A stretch of DNA of 64,000 nt from Planctomycetota bacterium (GCA_965223265.1 OZ244999.1:7200001-7264000), one strand, 5' to 3'; counted from the first letter of the stretch, positions 38,425 to 48,623 are shown. Made by a program: numbers and translations. The notes: a model not told the origin generated them from the letters alone.

Positions 38425-39768
38425 ATGCTCCAGCATAGCCAACCGCGCCGACTTCGGAGCCAACCGCACTGTGCGGCATGGGTGGAGTTCGTTCGGCTGG
38501 GATTGGTCTGGCTCTGCGTGACGATGTCCGTCTTATCGGCGTCGGACGCCGCCAAAGTCGAGCGCGATATCAGGCTTCGCCTGCAGCCGACTAAGGTGTT
38601 TGCTGCAGCGCAGGCGGAGCTGACGCTCGTCACCGACCCACCACTGGCGCGGGGGTACACTGTCGAATGGAGTTCGCAGGCGGGTCGATTGCTATTCGAC
38701 GACGGGCCGGCGACCACATGGCGCGCGCCTGAGGCACCAGGGACCTATAGGATCGTCGCTCGTATCACCAGCGGCACGCAATCGTGGACTCACACCGATT
38801 CCGTCACAGTCCATCGACCAAGCACCGCGGGCATGATCTGGATTCCAGCGGGCGCTTTCGTCCAGGGTGACATTGTGGGTACTCTCAACGCCGCTGAGAC
38901 CAAGACCGTGCAAAACGCCGGCGACGAGCCGTATCATCGCGTCCACCTCAGCGGCTTCTGGATCGATCGCCACCCCGTCACCCACGCGCAGTACGCAGAG
39001 TTCCTGGCCTCAGCTCTCAATGAAGGACTCGTACGTATCGAAGACGTTGGGGTGTTCGGAAAACTCGATTCGAACTGGGTTCCGTTCTACTATTTCAAGA
39101 CGTACGAAACGTTGGTCAACCGCCAGCTCCGCGGCGTCAATCCACGCAAGCCAGAATTTCTTCACGCCATCAGTTGGAACGCAGAAGAGAAGCGTTTCGT
39201 GGTGGAGCAGAGCTTCGCCTCAGCGCCCATTGTCGACGTCAGCTGGTTCGGTGCAGAGGCTTACGCTCGCTACCATGGAAAACGCCTACCGAGTGAAGCG
39301 CAGTGGGAAAAGGCCGCAAGGGGAGACGACGGACGCAAGTATCCCTGGGGCGACAACGCACCGACGAGATACCACGCCAACGTCAACTTCGAGCACGGCT
39401 ACGAACCGTTGGCGGTGGCGACGTTCAGCCCTTATGGCGATAGCCCCTACGGCCTCACCGACGCGCTGGCGGGGCTCTCTGAGTGGGTCGCCGATTGGTA
39501 CAACCCGACCTACTATGACGACTATGCCAGCAGCCGCGAGCTCCGCGACCCAGCTGGACCGTTTTGGGGCAAAGCGCACACAATTCGCGGCGCGCCGTAC
39601 GCACTCTTCTACCCGGGGTTCACCCAAGAGGGCGCCGAAGCCGTGAGCTTTCGGTACAACTGGCACTTCGAGTTCTTCATGATCGATAGCTTCGCGAACA
39701 ACGCGACGACGTTCCGAACGGTTGTCGATCCGGCGACGCGTGAGTTGAAATTCGAGGATCCGTTCTGA
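38425..39768 (+). CDS. FGE-sulfatase (SUMF1/EgtB/PvdO-fold) domain protein with N-terminal Ig/PKD-like domain
   Basis: MIWIPAGAF, RLPSEAQWEKAARG, YPWG, SPYGL and EWVADWY. Start uncertain (38332-38425). Confidence 0.85.
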   Translation: MLQHSQPRRLRSQPHCAAWVEFVRLGLVWLCVTMSVLSASDAAKVERDIRLRLQPTKVFAAAQAELTLVTDPPLARGYTVEWSSQAGRLLFDDGPATTWRAPEAPGTYRIVARITSGTQSWTHTDSVTVHRPSTAGMIWIPAGAFVQGDIVGTLNAAETKTVQNAGDEPYHRVHLSGFWIDRHPVTHAQYAEFLASALNEGLVRIEDVGVFGKLDSNWVPFYYFKTYETLVNRQLRGVNPRKPEFLHAISWNAEEKRFVVEQSFASAPIVDVSWFGAEAYARYHGKRLPSEAQWEKAARGDDGRKYPWGDNAPTRYHANVNFEHGYEPLAVATFSPYGDSPYGLTDALAGLSEWVADWYNPTYYDDYASSRELRDPAGPFWGKAHTIRGAPYALFYPGFTQEGAEAVSFRYNWHFEFFMIDSFANNATTFRTVVDPATRELKFEDPF

Positions 39769-39858
39769 GTCAGATCTGACTCGCTTCGTCACGCGAACGC
39801 CGAGAAAGCCGTCACCGTGCGGCGCATAGTCTCTGGTCGTGGACGCGCCCGGCGCAGT

Positions 39859-41721
39859 TCAAAAGACCAATTGGCCAGGGTCAGGATAGGGAGCCGCCAA
39901 CGTCTCCTCGCCGACGAAAAGCACGGTGAGAAGGTAGATCGCGTCGGCGATGTCTATCCGCCAGTCGACGTTGGTGTCTGCGGCAACAAACGGACGCGGA
40001 GGGTCGCCGCCGATGAAGAGAAAATTGAGCAAGTAGAGGGGGTCGGAAACGTCCACAGAGCCGTCTCCGTTGACCTCGCCACGTACGTAGATCGTTTGCT
40101 CCATGGTCAAAGGATCTGCGTTACCGATCGGCGCGCCGCTCGGGAGAAAACCGTCTACCGCGCCAAGAGTTTCGAGCTCTGGGCCGTAGTCAAGATCAGC
40201 GAAAGTTGGCTCAAACGCTTGCGTCGACGACGTCGGATCGTAGTGAACGAAAGCTGGGTCGTAGAGACCGCTGTCGAGAAAGTCAACGAGCGCGGTGACT
40301 TCGTCCTCGGTGAGTCCGAGCCCAACCTCCTCGGGTCCCCGAGGGTTGGTAAACTGCGACGAGAGGCTCGCCGCCGCCCCCGCCGCAGCGTCCGCCGGGA
40401 CACCCGCGTTGAAGTATTCGACGACGTCACGCAGCGTCTCGAGCTCCCCGCTATGCATGAATGGTCCCGAATTCCGCAGCTGCTTGACGGTGAGCGTCCG
40501 GAACTTGAAAGCGTCGGCCGCAAGACCGCTCACGCCTTCCCGACCGCGGTCTCGATGCGTTGGATCTTCGAGAACCTCGCGTGCGAGCTCGCGTAGGGGA
40601 TGATCACCGAGGCCCAGGTTGAAGAAGTTTTCTTCGACAAGCACGCCGCTTTCATCCCCGAGCTGCTTGTTCAGCGCAGGCCCGCTATGGCAAGAGATGC
40701 AGTCAGCTCCCCCTGAGGCTGCTGAGCTCGCAAAGAGATACGCTCCGTAGAGCTGGGATGGAGACAATGCGGCGTCATCGCCGGCAAGAAAACGATCCCA
40801 GGGAGTCTCCCGCGGCATGGCGGTGCGCATGAACGCCGCGATCGCGCGCTGAATAGTGTCGGCATTGATGAAATCATCGGCGTTGCCAGACACTTCAAAC
40901 GCCGCGAACTCGTCGGGAAAAGCCTCCGCAAACAGTCGGTGGTACACAGGGATGGCTTGCAAAGGTACGTGCTGCTCACGAAACATGCGATGGTTCTTCG
41001 ACGCTACTTGAACGACATGCTCGGCCGCGGGAAGGCCGTCGGGATTGATCTCTGGATCCGGTTCTCCCGCAAATCCATCAAGGAGAAGTCTGTTGTTGTA
41101 CGCCAGACCGACAACGGATGGAGACAGCCGCGGTACCGAATCAACCGCGTCGGCCGCGCCATCGAGAAGCGTTTCTCCGTTCTCTCCTTCTTTGACAATG
41201 CCGGTCGGAACAGAGTCGACGGCGCCCTCACGCTGGGAGCGGACGACTTCAAACTCACCGTCGATCGTCATCGTCAGACGCCCTTCACCGCCAACACCAA
41301 AATTGAACAACTGACCGGCTTTGGTGCCGGCGTGACTCAAATGGCATGACGAACACGAGGCGGTCTGCGCGAACTCAGTGACGCCACCGAGGGCAGGCTC
41401 GATGTCAGTGGAACGCACAGGCTCGTGAAACAAGAACTTGCCGAGTCGCACTTTCTCGGCAGTGATCACGTAGCGCGGGTCGAGCTCGCCTCCCGCCAGG
41501 GAGGGCTGCGGAAAAGCGGTGTCGTCAGCTGGCACCGTCAGTTGCGAGAGATCGCCGACGCGCTCAGCGAGCAGCGTCCTGAGCGCCGCAGCGTCGATGC
41601 CTGGCGGCGGCACAACTTGCGCCGAGAGTGCGGTCGTGCACAAGCAAAGTGCGAATCCACGGACAATTGATACAGAGAAAACCGCCCGCCGCTGACAACT
41701 ATGGCGCTTCGCCTCGACCAT
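39859..41721 (-). CDS. Di-heme cytochrome c peroxidase/MauG-superfamily protein with C-terminal dockerin-like domain
   Basis: Signal peptide, CSSCH and CISCH heme motifs, GPFMHSG, C-terminal RGEVNGDGSVDVSD...ADTNVDWRIDIAD. Confidence 0.85.
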   Translation of the reverse strand: MVEAKRHSCQRRAVFSVSIVRGFALCLCTTALSAQVVPPPGIDAAALRTLLAERVGDLSQLTVPADDTAFPQPSLAGGELDPRYVITAEKVRLGKFLFHEPVRSTDIEPALGGVTEFAQTASCSSCHLSHAGTKAGQLFNFGVGGEGRLTMTIDGEFEVVRSQREGAVDSVPTGIVKEGENGETLLDGAADAVDSVPRLSPSVVGLAYNNRLLLDGFAGEPDPEINPDGLPAAEHVVQVASKNHRMFREQHVPLQAIPVYHRLFAEAFPDEFAAFEVSGNADDFINADTIQRAIAAFMRTAMPRETPWDRFLAGDDAALSPSQLYGAYLFASSAASGGADCISCHSGPALNKQLGDESGVLVEENFFNLGLGDHPLRELAREVLEDPTHRDRGREGVSGLAADAFKFRTLTVKQLRNSGPFMHSGELETLRDVVEYFNAGVPADAAAGAAASLSSQFTNPRGPEEVGLGLTEDEVTALVDFLDSGLYDPAFVHYDPTSSTQAFEPTFADLDYGPELETLGAVDGFLPSGAPIGNADPLTMEQTIYVRGEVNGDGSVDVSDPLYLLNFLFIGGDPPRPFVAADTNVDWRIDIADAIYLLTVLFVGEETLAAPYPDPGQLVF

Positions 41722-42007
41722 TCGACGCGTCTCCTGAAAACCCTAACTCACGCACCGCGCCAAGCCGACACCGACACAGAAACAACTGTCGAGAGGTCAT
41801 GACGAATGCGTGCGGAACTATCCGATGTGGGAACGCTCCAGCGTCAAACACAGCCCCTCACGGGGATGCTAAGGTAGGGTTCCAGCCAGAGACGACTCCC
41901 TCGACCCGTGGGCCATCGTACCACGTCCGCCGGGCGAAAAAAGACCTACATACCAAAACCCCAACTGTTGCAGGGCCTGGCTCGGGCGGGCGGGGTGTCT
42001 CCTCCGC

Positions 42008-42280
42008 TCACGTACCGCGGCGCCGATAGTCCGCGCACTTCTCGGCGTTCGAGCGCTCAGGGATCGAGCAAGTGCTCGGATGGTTGTACTTGCAGCTGTC
42101 GCACAAAAACGGTGCGTCGCCGAAATGCTCCTTCTCTGGCGCTGGCACTCGAAGAGCTAACACGCAGGCGACAATGAAAGCTGGTGCCAACAAGACCAGG
42201 CCATGCATTCGAAAAAGAGACCAAAGGACGATCCCGGCAATGACCATCACACCAAGAAACGTCGCCACGCGCCGATTCAC
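42008..42280 (-). CDS. Small membrane protein with C-terminal 4-Cys cluster
   Basis: Two TM helices then CDSC-x7-C-x10-C. GTGA overlap with the AI-2E gene. Confidence 0.7.
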   Translation of the reverse strand: MNRRVATFLGVMVIAGIVLWSLFRMHGLVLLAPAFIVACVLALRVPAPEKEHFGDAPFLCDSCKYNHPSTCSIPERSNAEKCADYRRRGT

Positions 42281-43695
42281 TCGTTCCTCAACGCCTGCGG
42301 AGCGCTACTCTCGGCGACCAAAGCCAGCACGGTCCGCAGCAGCACGACGACCATGGGACCGAGGATAAATCCAAGCGCCCCGAAACAGCCCACTCCACCC
42401 AGCATGGAGAGCAAGATCCACACTGGGTGCATGTGCAGGTCGTCCTTCAGGAGCAGTGGACGTAAGAGGTTATCGAGGCTCGAGATCACCACAGCCAGAG
42501 CTGCCATACAACCGGCCGCGACGAACTGCTCCTCCATGAGCAACCACGCCGTCAGCGGCACCGTAACGAGCGCTGTTCCGACCGCCGGCAGCAGTGCGGA
42601 GAAAGCCACCAACGCGCCCCAAAAAAGCGGCATAGAAAGCGCCCCGAAGAACGAAAAGGCCACCGTCGCAACACACCCTTGGACAAAAGCGGTCGCCAGC
42701 GTGCCGCGTACGATGCCCTTGGTGACGTTTTGTATTCTCTCGACGACGCGATTCTGGTACTGCGCGTCGACTGGCACCGCGTTCTTCACCGCGGCAAGAA
42801 TCTGTGGTCCGTCGCGGAAGAAGTAGAACATGATAAAGAGCATCAGGAGCGACTGAATCAATACGCCAACCGTGCTTGCCAGGAGCAACGCCAGGGTGCG
42901 GGTGAACCACGTCGCGACACCTGTCAGGCTATTCGGCGGCATGCGAAACCCGGGCGATGCTTCTTGCACGTCCGCGCGCGGTGGTGGCTCTGATGGGGCG
43001 TCACCGCTGAGCAAACCGAGCTCCTGAAGCTCGTGGTGCACGAGTTTCCACCAAGTGCGGCGCGATCGGTTTTCTTCCTCGTCAAAGAGAAGCGGTGCCA
43101 TCATCTCGACGCTCTCGATTTTAGCGAATACCGCGCTTACCGTCTCGCGGGCCGCCGCGCGTCGTTCCTCGGTCCATTGGGCCGCGATCCCCCAAACGAA
43201 TCCGATGGTCGGCAGAAAGACGAGCAAGATCAGGATGACGCACGTCAGTCCACTCGCAATGCCGCGACGCTTCTCGCCGACGCGCTTGAGGACGAAACTA
43301 AAGAGCGGGTAGGAGACGGACGTGATCACGATGCCGGCGACCATGGCCGAGATGAAGGGCCGAAAAATCAAATAGGCGGCAATCGCCAGGCCGACCAGAA
43401 GCACAATCAGCAGCGAGTAGCCGAGCCGACTGTCGCCCTGCGGCACGATCGCGTCCCGGTCTTTGGACGCTCGTTCTTGTGGCCTGCCCTGACGGCGACG
43501 TTGCGCACTATCGCCCACGCCTTCACGCCGCGAGCTCCTCCTCCGACGAGCAGTCGCCCCCTCGCCCTCTGGCAGATCCGGCCCCGTCCTGGAACGCCTG
43601 CGACGTCGCCCGTCGCGCCCGGAGCGTCGTCGACGCTGCCGCCGCCGGCCCTCCCCCGGCCCCTCGTGACCGGGATCTCCACCGAATTCAGTCAT
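42277..43695 (-). CDS. AI-2E family transporter
   Basis: FYFFRDG, LLPAVGT, DNLLRP, HPVWILLSMLGG and GFILGP. Arg-rich N-terminal extension. Confidence 0.9.
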   Translation of the reverse strand: MTEFGGDPGHEGPGEGRRRQRRRRSGRDGRRRRRSRTGPDLPEGEGATARRRRSSRREGVGDSAQRRRQGRPQERASKDRDAIVPQGDSRLGYSLLIVLLVGLAIAAYLIFRPFISAMVAGIVITSVSYPLFSFVLKRVGEKRRGIASGLTCVILILLVFLPTIGFVWGIAAQWTEERRAAARETVSAVFAKIESVEMMAPLLFDEEENRSRRTWWKLVHHELQELGLLSGDAPSEPPPRADVQEASPGFRMPPNSLTGVATWFTRTLALLLASTVGVLIQSLLMLFIMFYFFRDGPQILAAVKNAVPVDAQYQNRVVERIQNVTKGIVRGTLATAFVQGCVATVAFSFFGALSMPLFWGALVAFSALLPAVGTALVTVPLTAWLLMEEQFVAAGCMAALAVVISSLDNLLRPLLLKDDLHMHPVWILLSMLGGVGCFGALGFILGPMVVVLLRTVLALVAESSAPQALRNE

Positions 43696-43801
43696 GTTCC
43701 CCCGCTCCGGTATCGTCGGCTCGCCCCGTCTTCGGCCGGCGTTCGCCCGTCGCGCTCAGAGATCCTGACCCCGTCCCCGACGCGACGCACCTAGCCTCGA
43801 G

Positions 43802-44323
43802 TTAGGCGTCGACCAGGGCGCTCTCCGAAAGATATCGCAGGATACCGCGAATCGAACAAAAGCCTACCGGTTTTCCATCCCGGACGAGCGCGATGTGACG
43901 GTAGCCACCTACCGCCATGTAGTTGAGCGCCTGGGCGATCGTGTCCGTCTCTTGGAGCGTGCGAGGGTTCTGCGTCATCACGTCTTTGAGCGGTACAGAA
44001 GAAAAGTCATCGCGGTCCGACTTCAATCGGGTGACGACATCGCGCTCCGTGAAAATCCCAACGAGTTCCCCGGCATCGTTGAGGACAAGAACGCTTCCAT
44101 AACGATGCGACCGCATTTGGCTGACCGCTTCCTGCACTGACTCTGATTCCTGCAGCAGAATCGGGCGCGGAGCGTTGAGCTGGGATAACGGGTCCTGCAG
44201 GATCACTTCGTGCAGCCGGCCCTGCTTCGGGCCGGGGACACTGAGGAACGTGAGGTCACTCCCACAGACCTCACAAGTGTCCTGCCCGAGCAAAAATTCT
44301 GCATCACAATCAGGACAACGCAT
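43802..44323 (-). CDS. CBS-pair protein with N-terminal zinc ribbon
   Basis: CPDC-x10-CEVC, GIFTERD and GGYRH. Confidence 0.9.
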   Translation of the reverse strand: MRCPDCDAEFLLGQDTCEVCGSDLTFLSVPGPKQGRLHEVILQDPLSQLNAPRPILLQESESVQEAVSQMRSHRYGSVLVLNDAGELVGIFTERDVVTRLKSDRDDFSSVPLKDVMTQNPRTLQETDTIAQALNYMAVGGYRHIALVRDGKPVGFCSIRGILRYLSESALVDA

Positions 44324-44389
44324 GAATTTCCTCGATCTTTGCCACAGCGAAATCGGTCTGAACTTCGTCGCTAGTGGCCGAGTTCAACA

Positions 44390-45433
44390 TCAGTCGACCA
44401 CCCAAGTGTCACCGGCATTCAACAGCGCCGCGAGATCGCCGGCTCCCGGCTTGGCCACCTCGGCTTTCACTTGCTCGTCGATCATATCGGCGTACGTTGG
44501 CCGCTGAATCGCGCGGTACACGCCAAGCGGCACGGGAAACTCAGGGTATTCGAGCTGTGAAAGAAGATATGCGAGGGTCGGAGACGGATTCGTCTCATCA
44601 TGAACGAGAAGGTCGGTTTCCTTGACCCCACTTCCCAGTTCGACGACCTCCGGCGCCAGTCCGTTCATGCGCAAGCCGCGGTTGGACTCCTTGCCAAAAA
44701 TCATCGGCGCTCCGTGCTCGAGGTTGACGGTCTCATCGCTTCGAACCGGGCGGGCCGCGAAGTCCTCAAACGCACCGTCGTTGAAGATGTTGCAATTCTG
44801 AAAGACCTCCACAAACGCAGACCCCTTATGAGCTGCGGCGCGCTTCAGGATCCCCAGCATGTGCTTTGGATCTGCGTCGAGCGTCCGCGCCACGAAGGTA
44901 GCTTCCGCTGCCAACGCCAGACAAAGCGGGTTGATCGGTTGCTCAAGCGACCCGAACGGACTGGACTTCGTCTTCTTTCCAAGTTCGCTGGTCGGTGAGT
45001 ACTGCCCCTTCGTCAACCCATAGATGCGATTGTTGAAGAGCAGGATCTTGAGATCGACGTTGCGCCGCAAGGCGTGAATGAGATGATTTCCACCGATCGA
45101 GAGACCATCGCCGTCACCCGTGACCACCCACACCTGCAGGCGAGGGTTGGCAATCTTGAGTCCAGAGGCGAAGGTCGGAGCTCGGCCGTGAATACTGTGA
45201 AAGCCATAAGTATTCATGTAGTACGGAAATCGGCTCGAGCACCCGATTCCCGAGACGAACACGACGTCCTCACGACGCAGACCTTGCTCGGCGCAAACTT
45301 CCGGCAGTACTTTCTGCATCTGTGCCAGGATGGAGTAGTCACCGCATCCCGGACACCAGCGAACGACCTGGTCGCTCGTGAAGTCGTTCTTGGTGTAATT
45401 GGGAACCGATTCAGCGACGCCTGTTTCGCTCAT
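44390..45433 (-). CDS. korB: 2-oxoacid:ferredoxin oxidoreductase beta subunit
   Basis: WCPGCGD, SGIGCSS, TPP motif GDGD...NN and GLTKGQYSPT. Confidence 0.93.
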   Translation of the reverse strand: MSETGVAESVPNYTKNDFTSDQVVRWCPGCGDYSILAQMQKVLPEVCAEQGLRREDVVFVSGIGCSSRFPYYMNTYGFHSIHGRAPTFASGLKIANPRLQVWVVTGDGDGLSIGGNHLIHALRRNVDLKILLFNNRIYGLTKGQYSPTSELGKKTKSSPFGSLEQPINPLCLALAAEATFVARTLDADPKHMLGILKRAAAHKGSAFVEVFQNCNIFNDGAFEDFAARPVRSDETVNLEHGAPMIFGKESNRGLRMNGLAPEVVELGSGVKETDLLVHDETNPSPTLAYLLSQLEYPEFPVPLGVYRAIQRPTYADMIDEQVKAEVAKPGAGDLAALLNAGDTWVVD

Positions 45434-45439
45434 GGCAGA

Positions 45440-47308
45440 CTACAAAAGCTCCTCGATCTTGGCCTCAATCTCGTCGACGCGGAATGGTAGGCCTTGCACC
45501 TTGTTCATCGGAATGAAGTCGAAATTGAACTTGCCGCGGAGAAGCAGATACAGCTGTCCGAGGTTGAGCTCAGGCACCAAAATCTTCTCAAAGCGACCGC
45601 AGAGTTCCTCTATGTTGCTCGGCATCGGGTTGAGATACCGCAGGTGCACGGACGAGACCTTACCACCGCGCGTGCGCACACGCTCCACTGCCGTAGTCAC
45701 CGCACCAAACGTTCCGCCCCAACCGATCACCAGAACCTTTCCACCCTCTGGATTGCCGAAGACCTCCGCGGGCGGAATGTGCTGCGCGACGCGCGCCACC
45801 TTCTCCGCGCGCAGTCGAACCATGTGTTCGTGATTCTCGGGATCGTAGCTGACGTTGCCGGTGACGTCCTCCTTCTCGAGGCCACCAATGCGGTGCTCGA
45901 GCCCCGGAGTCCCGGGGATCGCCCAGGGTCGCGAGAGCGTGTCACGATCGCGCTGATAGGGCGTAAATCCATTCGATTCGCTATGAAACTTCACTTCGAT
46001 TCCAGGCAACTCCTCGGTCTTCGGTATCAGCCACGGCTCTGCACCGTTCGCAAGGTAGCCGTCCGACAAGTATATGACCGGAAGCATCGAACGCAGTGCA
46101 ATGCGCGTCGCCTCAATCGCCATGTGGAAGCACTCACCGGGGGTCGCCGGAGCGACAACGCAAACCGGACACTCGCCATTGCGTCCAAACATCGCCTGCA
46201 AGAGGTCCGCCTGTTCGGTTTTCGTCGGCAGGCCCGTCGACGGGCCACCGCGCTGCACGTTCACGACGACGAGTGGCAGCTCGGTCATGACGGCAAGTCC
46301 AAGCGCCTCGGATTTCAACGCAAGACCTGGTCCGCTGGTCCCGGTAAGCGCCAAGGCACCTCCGAAAGCAGCCCCTATGGCCGAGCCGATCGCAGCGATC
46401 TCGTCTTCCGCCTGAAACGTCTTAACGCCGAATCCTTTGTGACGCGAGAGGTAGTGCAGGATGTCGCTGGCGGGCGTGATCGGGTAGCTGCCGTAGAAGA
46501 GCTGGAGTCCGGACAGTTTCGAGGCTGCGATGAAGCCCATCGCCGTCGCCTCGTTGCCCGTGATCATGCGATACTTGCCTTTCGGCAACACGGCCTTCGC
46601 GACACGGGTCTGAACCGGCAAGATCTCGTTGGTCTCGGCGTAGTTGTAACCCGCTTGGAGGGCCAGTCGATTCGCCTGGGCAACCTGCGGCTTTTTGGCG
46701 AACTTGTTTTCGATGAGCTCGATCGTCTTCTCGAGTGGGCGATCGTAGATCCAATGAACCAACCCGAGCGCAAACATGTTCTTTGCCCGCATGCCCTCCT
46801 TGTGGGAGAGCCCTGTTTCCTCCACTGCCTTCGTCGTCAAGTTGGTGATCGGCGCCGAGACGACCTGATACGAGTCGAGCGTGTTGTCTTCGCGCGGGTC
46901 GACTTCGTATCCCGCCTTGGAAAGATTGTTGGCGCGGAAGGTGTCTTCGTTGATCACAACCAAGCCGCCTGGAATCAAATCCGGCAGGTTGGTTTTCAGC
47001 GCTGCGGGATTGAACGCGACGAGGGCATCCGGTGCATCGCCGGGAGTCCGAATGTCCAGCGAGCTGAAATTGAGCTGAAATCCACTCACTCCCGGCAAGG
47101 TCCCAGCCGGGGCGCGGATCTCCGCTGGGAAGTCAGGAAACGTACTGATGTCGTAGCCAGCGAGCGCGGAGTTGTGTGTGAAGAGAGATCCGGTGACCTG
47201 CATGCCGTCGCCGGAGTCGCCCGCAAACCGAATAACGACGCTCTCGCGGTCTAAGTACCGTGCTTTCTGTTCCTCGGTGACGGCGATCTCTCGCGTGTTG
47301 ACTGTCAT
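45440..47308 (-). CDS. korA: 2-oxoacid:ferredoxin oxidoreductase alpha subunit (gamma-alpha fusion)
   Basis: AGDSGDGMQ, YPITPAS, QAEDE, TSGPG and QRGGPSTGLPT. Confidence 0.93.
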   Translation of the reverse strand: MTVNTREIAVTEEQKARYLDRESVVIRFAGDSGDGMQVTGSLFTHNSALAGYDISTFPDFPAEIRAPAGTLPGVSGFQLNFSSLDIRTPGDAPDALVAFNPAALKTNLPDLIPGGLVVINEDTFRANNLSKAGYEVDPREDNTLDSYQVVSAPITNLTTKAVEETGLSHKEGMRAKNMFALGLVHWIYDRPLEKTIELIENKFAKKPQVAQANRLALQAGYNYAETNEILPVQTRVAKAVLPKGKYRMITGNEATAMGFIAASKLSGLQLFYGSYPITPASDILHYLSRHKGFGVKTFQAEDEIAAIGSAIGAAFGGALALTGTSGPGLALKSEALGLAVMTELPLVVVNVQRGGPSTGLPTKTEQADLLQAMFGRNGECPVCVVAPATPGECFHMAIEATRIALRSMLPVIYLSDGYLANGAEPWLIPKTEELPGIEVKFHSESNGFTPYQRDRDTLSRPWAIPGTPGLEHRIGGLEKEDVTGNVSYDPENHEHMVRLRAEKVARVAQHIPPAEVFGNPEGGKVLVIGWGGTFGAVTTAVERVRTRGGKVSSVHLRYLNPMPSNIEELCGRFEKILVPELNLGQLYLLLRGKFNFDFIPMNKVQGLPFRVDEIEAKIEELL

Positions 47309-47562
47309 GGGCGTGCTAATGCCTTGGTACCCGTTCTACTTGCTGACATTCCGGGACTCGAGGGACGGGCCAGTGTTAGAATTCTACAAGCACTGTCGCT
47401 CGTTCGACCCACTATTTTGCTCGGCTGATCATCATCCTTGGACGACGTTACGAAATCGTCCATTCACCCGTTTGCGCCCTGACCTCCGCCTCCACAGCAC
47501 CCGAAACTCATCCGATAAGTTCGGGTGCCACCTGGTCACAAGACGGCGACTACAATCTTCGG

Positions 47563-48084
47563 CTATCCTCCTTCTCGCGTCTCGAACATTTGCTCCTGGT
47601 GCATGAGCGGCGGCAGATTGTAGATCTCTGTTGGAAAAAACTCCGCGAGATACGAGATCAGATCTCGCGCCGAGACCGCACCGACCAGCGTTCCATTCTC
47701 GTCGACGATGGGCAGATGACGGTAGCCGCCCTGTGTCATGAGTTTGATCGCTCGGGCCGAAGGGTCGTCGGCAGCAAGAAACCGCGGATTCGGCGTCATG
47801 AACTTCTCGATCGGCTCAGCTTCCGCCGCTTTGCGCGCCGCGCGATCGAGAGTCGCGATCTTGTCGAGAAAATCACGTTCCGTAAAGATCCCGATAGGCT
47901 TTGACCGCTCCGTCTCAGAGTCCACGACGACGACGCAACCGCTCGAGTCGTCGCGCAGCAACTCGACCACGCCGGCGAGGGTGGTCTGCGCTGTCGCGGT
48001 GGGCGGGTTCGTCTGGCAGAGAAACCGTATCGGCTCCTCGCTGAGTACGTTCTCAAGGAGTTTGGCGCTACCGTTGCGTGACAT
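47563..48084 (-). CDS. CBS-pair protein
   Basis: GIFTERD, MTPNP and GGYRHLPIVD. Confidence 0.9.
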   Translation of the reverse strand: MSRNGSAKLLENVLSEEPIRFLCQTNPPTATAQTTLAGVVELLRDDSSGCVVVVDSETERSKPIGIFTERDFLDKIATLDRAARKAAEAEPIEKFMTPNPRFLAADDPSARAIKLMTQGGYRHLPIVDENGTLVGAVSARDLISYLAEFFPTEIYNLPPLMHQEQMFETREGG

Positions 48085-48623
48085 CGTTCAAAATCCCCCC
48101 AGTCAACTCAGCCACCCACTCAGATACCGTACAAAGCCAAACGGGCCACGAAACGCGACACCGCTTTGCAATCCTCGGCCGGCGACGACTGAGGTGCACA
48201 GCGCACCGACTCGAAGTCTCAGAACCACCGCGGCCGTGAAATGACTACGGACGCGAGGTTCGTCTCAGAAGTTCACAGTACTCCAGACAACGTCAACCGA
48301 TACAGGTATCGGGCGTGCGAACACACTTCTCGAGCACTCTTTCTCAACAGTCATGGCGACACATTACGGGCCGCGGTGAATCCACAGAATGATCCCGTAA
48401 CGGATCCCCCAGCCCAGCCCGCGCGGCCCGCCGGCGGGATCAGCAGAAGCACAAGACCCGAGCGGTGACGTCACAACGTGCTCACTCGGGCGTTGGTCTG
48501 ACCCTCTCCAACGGGCTGCCAAACAGAATCTCGGGGCAAGATAACTCAGTCGCTGTCTAGAACAAACCCTTTTTTGGTAGGCTTTTTGGGCAATCGAAAA
48601 CAGGCTTCGAGAGGACCTCTTCA

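Noticed and set aside
38425-39768. Diversity-generating retroelement target (FGE-type C-terminus)
   Set aside because: No reverse transcriptase and no template repeat of the 3' end was seen in the window.
45494-47254. 586-aa antisense ORF
   Set aside because: Shadow frame of korA in GC-rich DNA with no recognisable motifs.
48085-48623. Housekeeping ncRNA or riboswitch (tmRNA, RNase P, TPP) upstream of the kor cluster
   Set aside because: Hairpins are present but I could not find the diagnostic conserved motifs. An Rfam scan would settle it.
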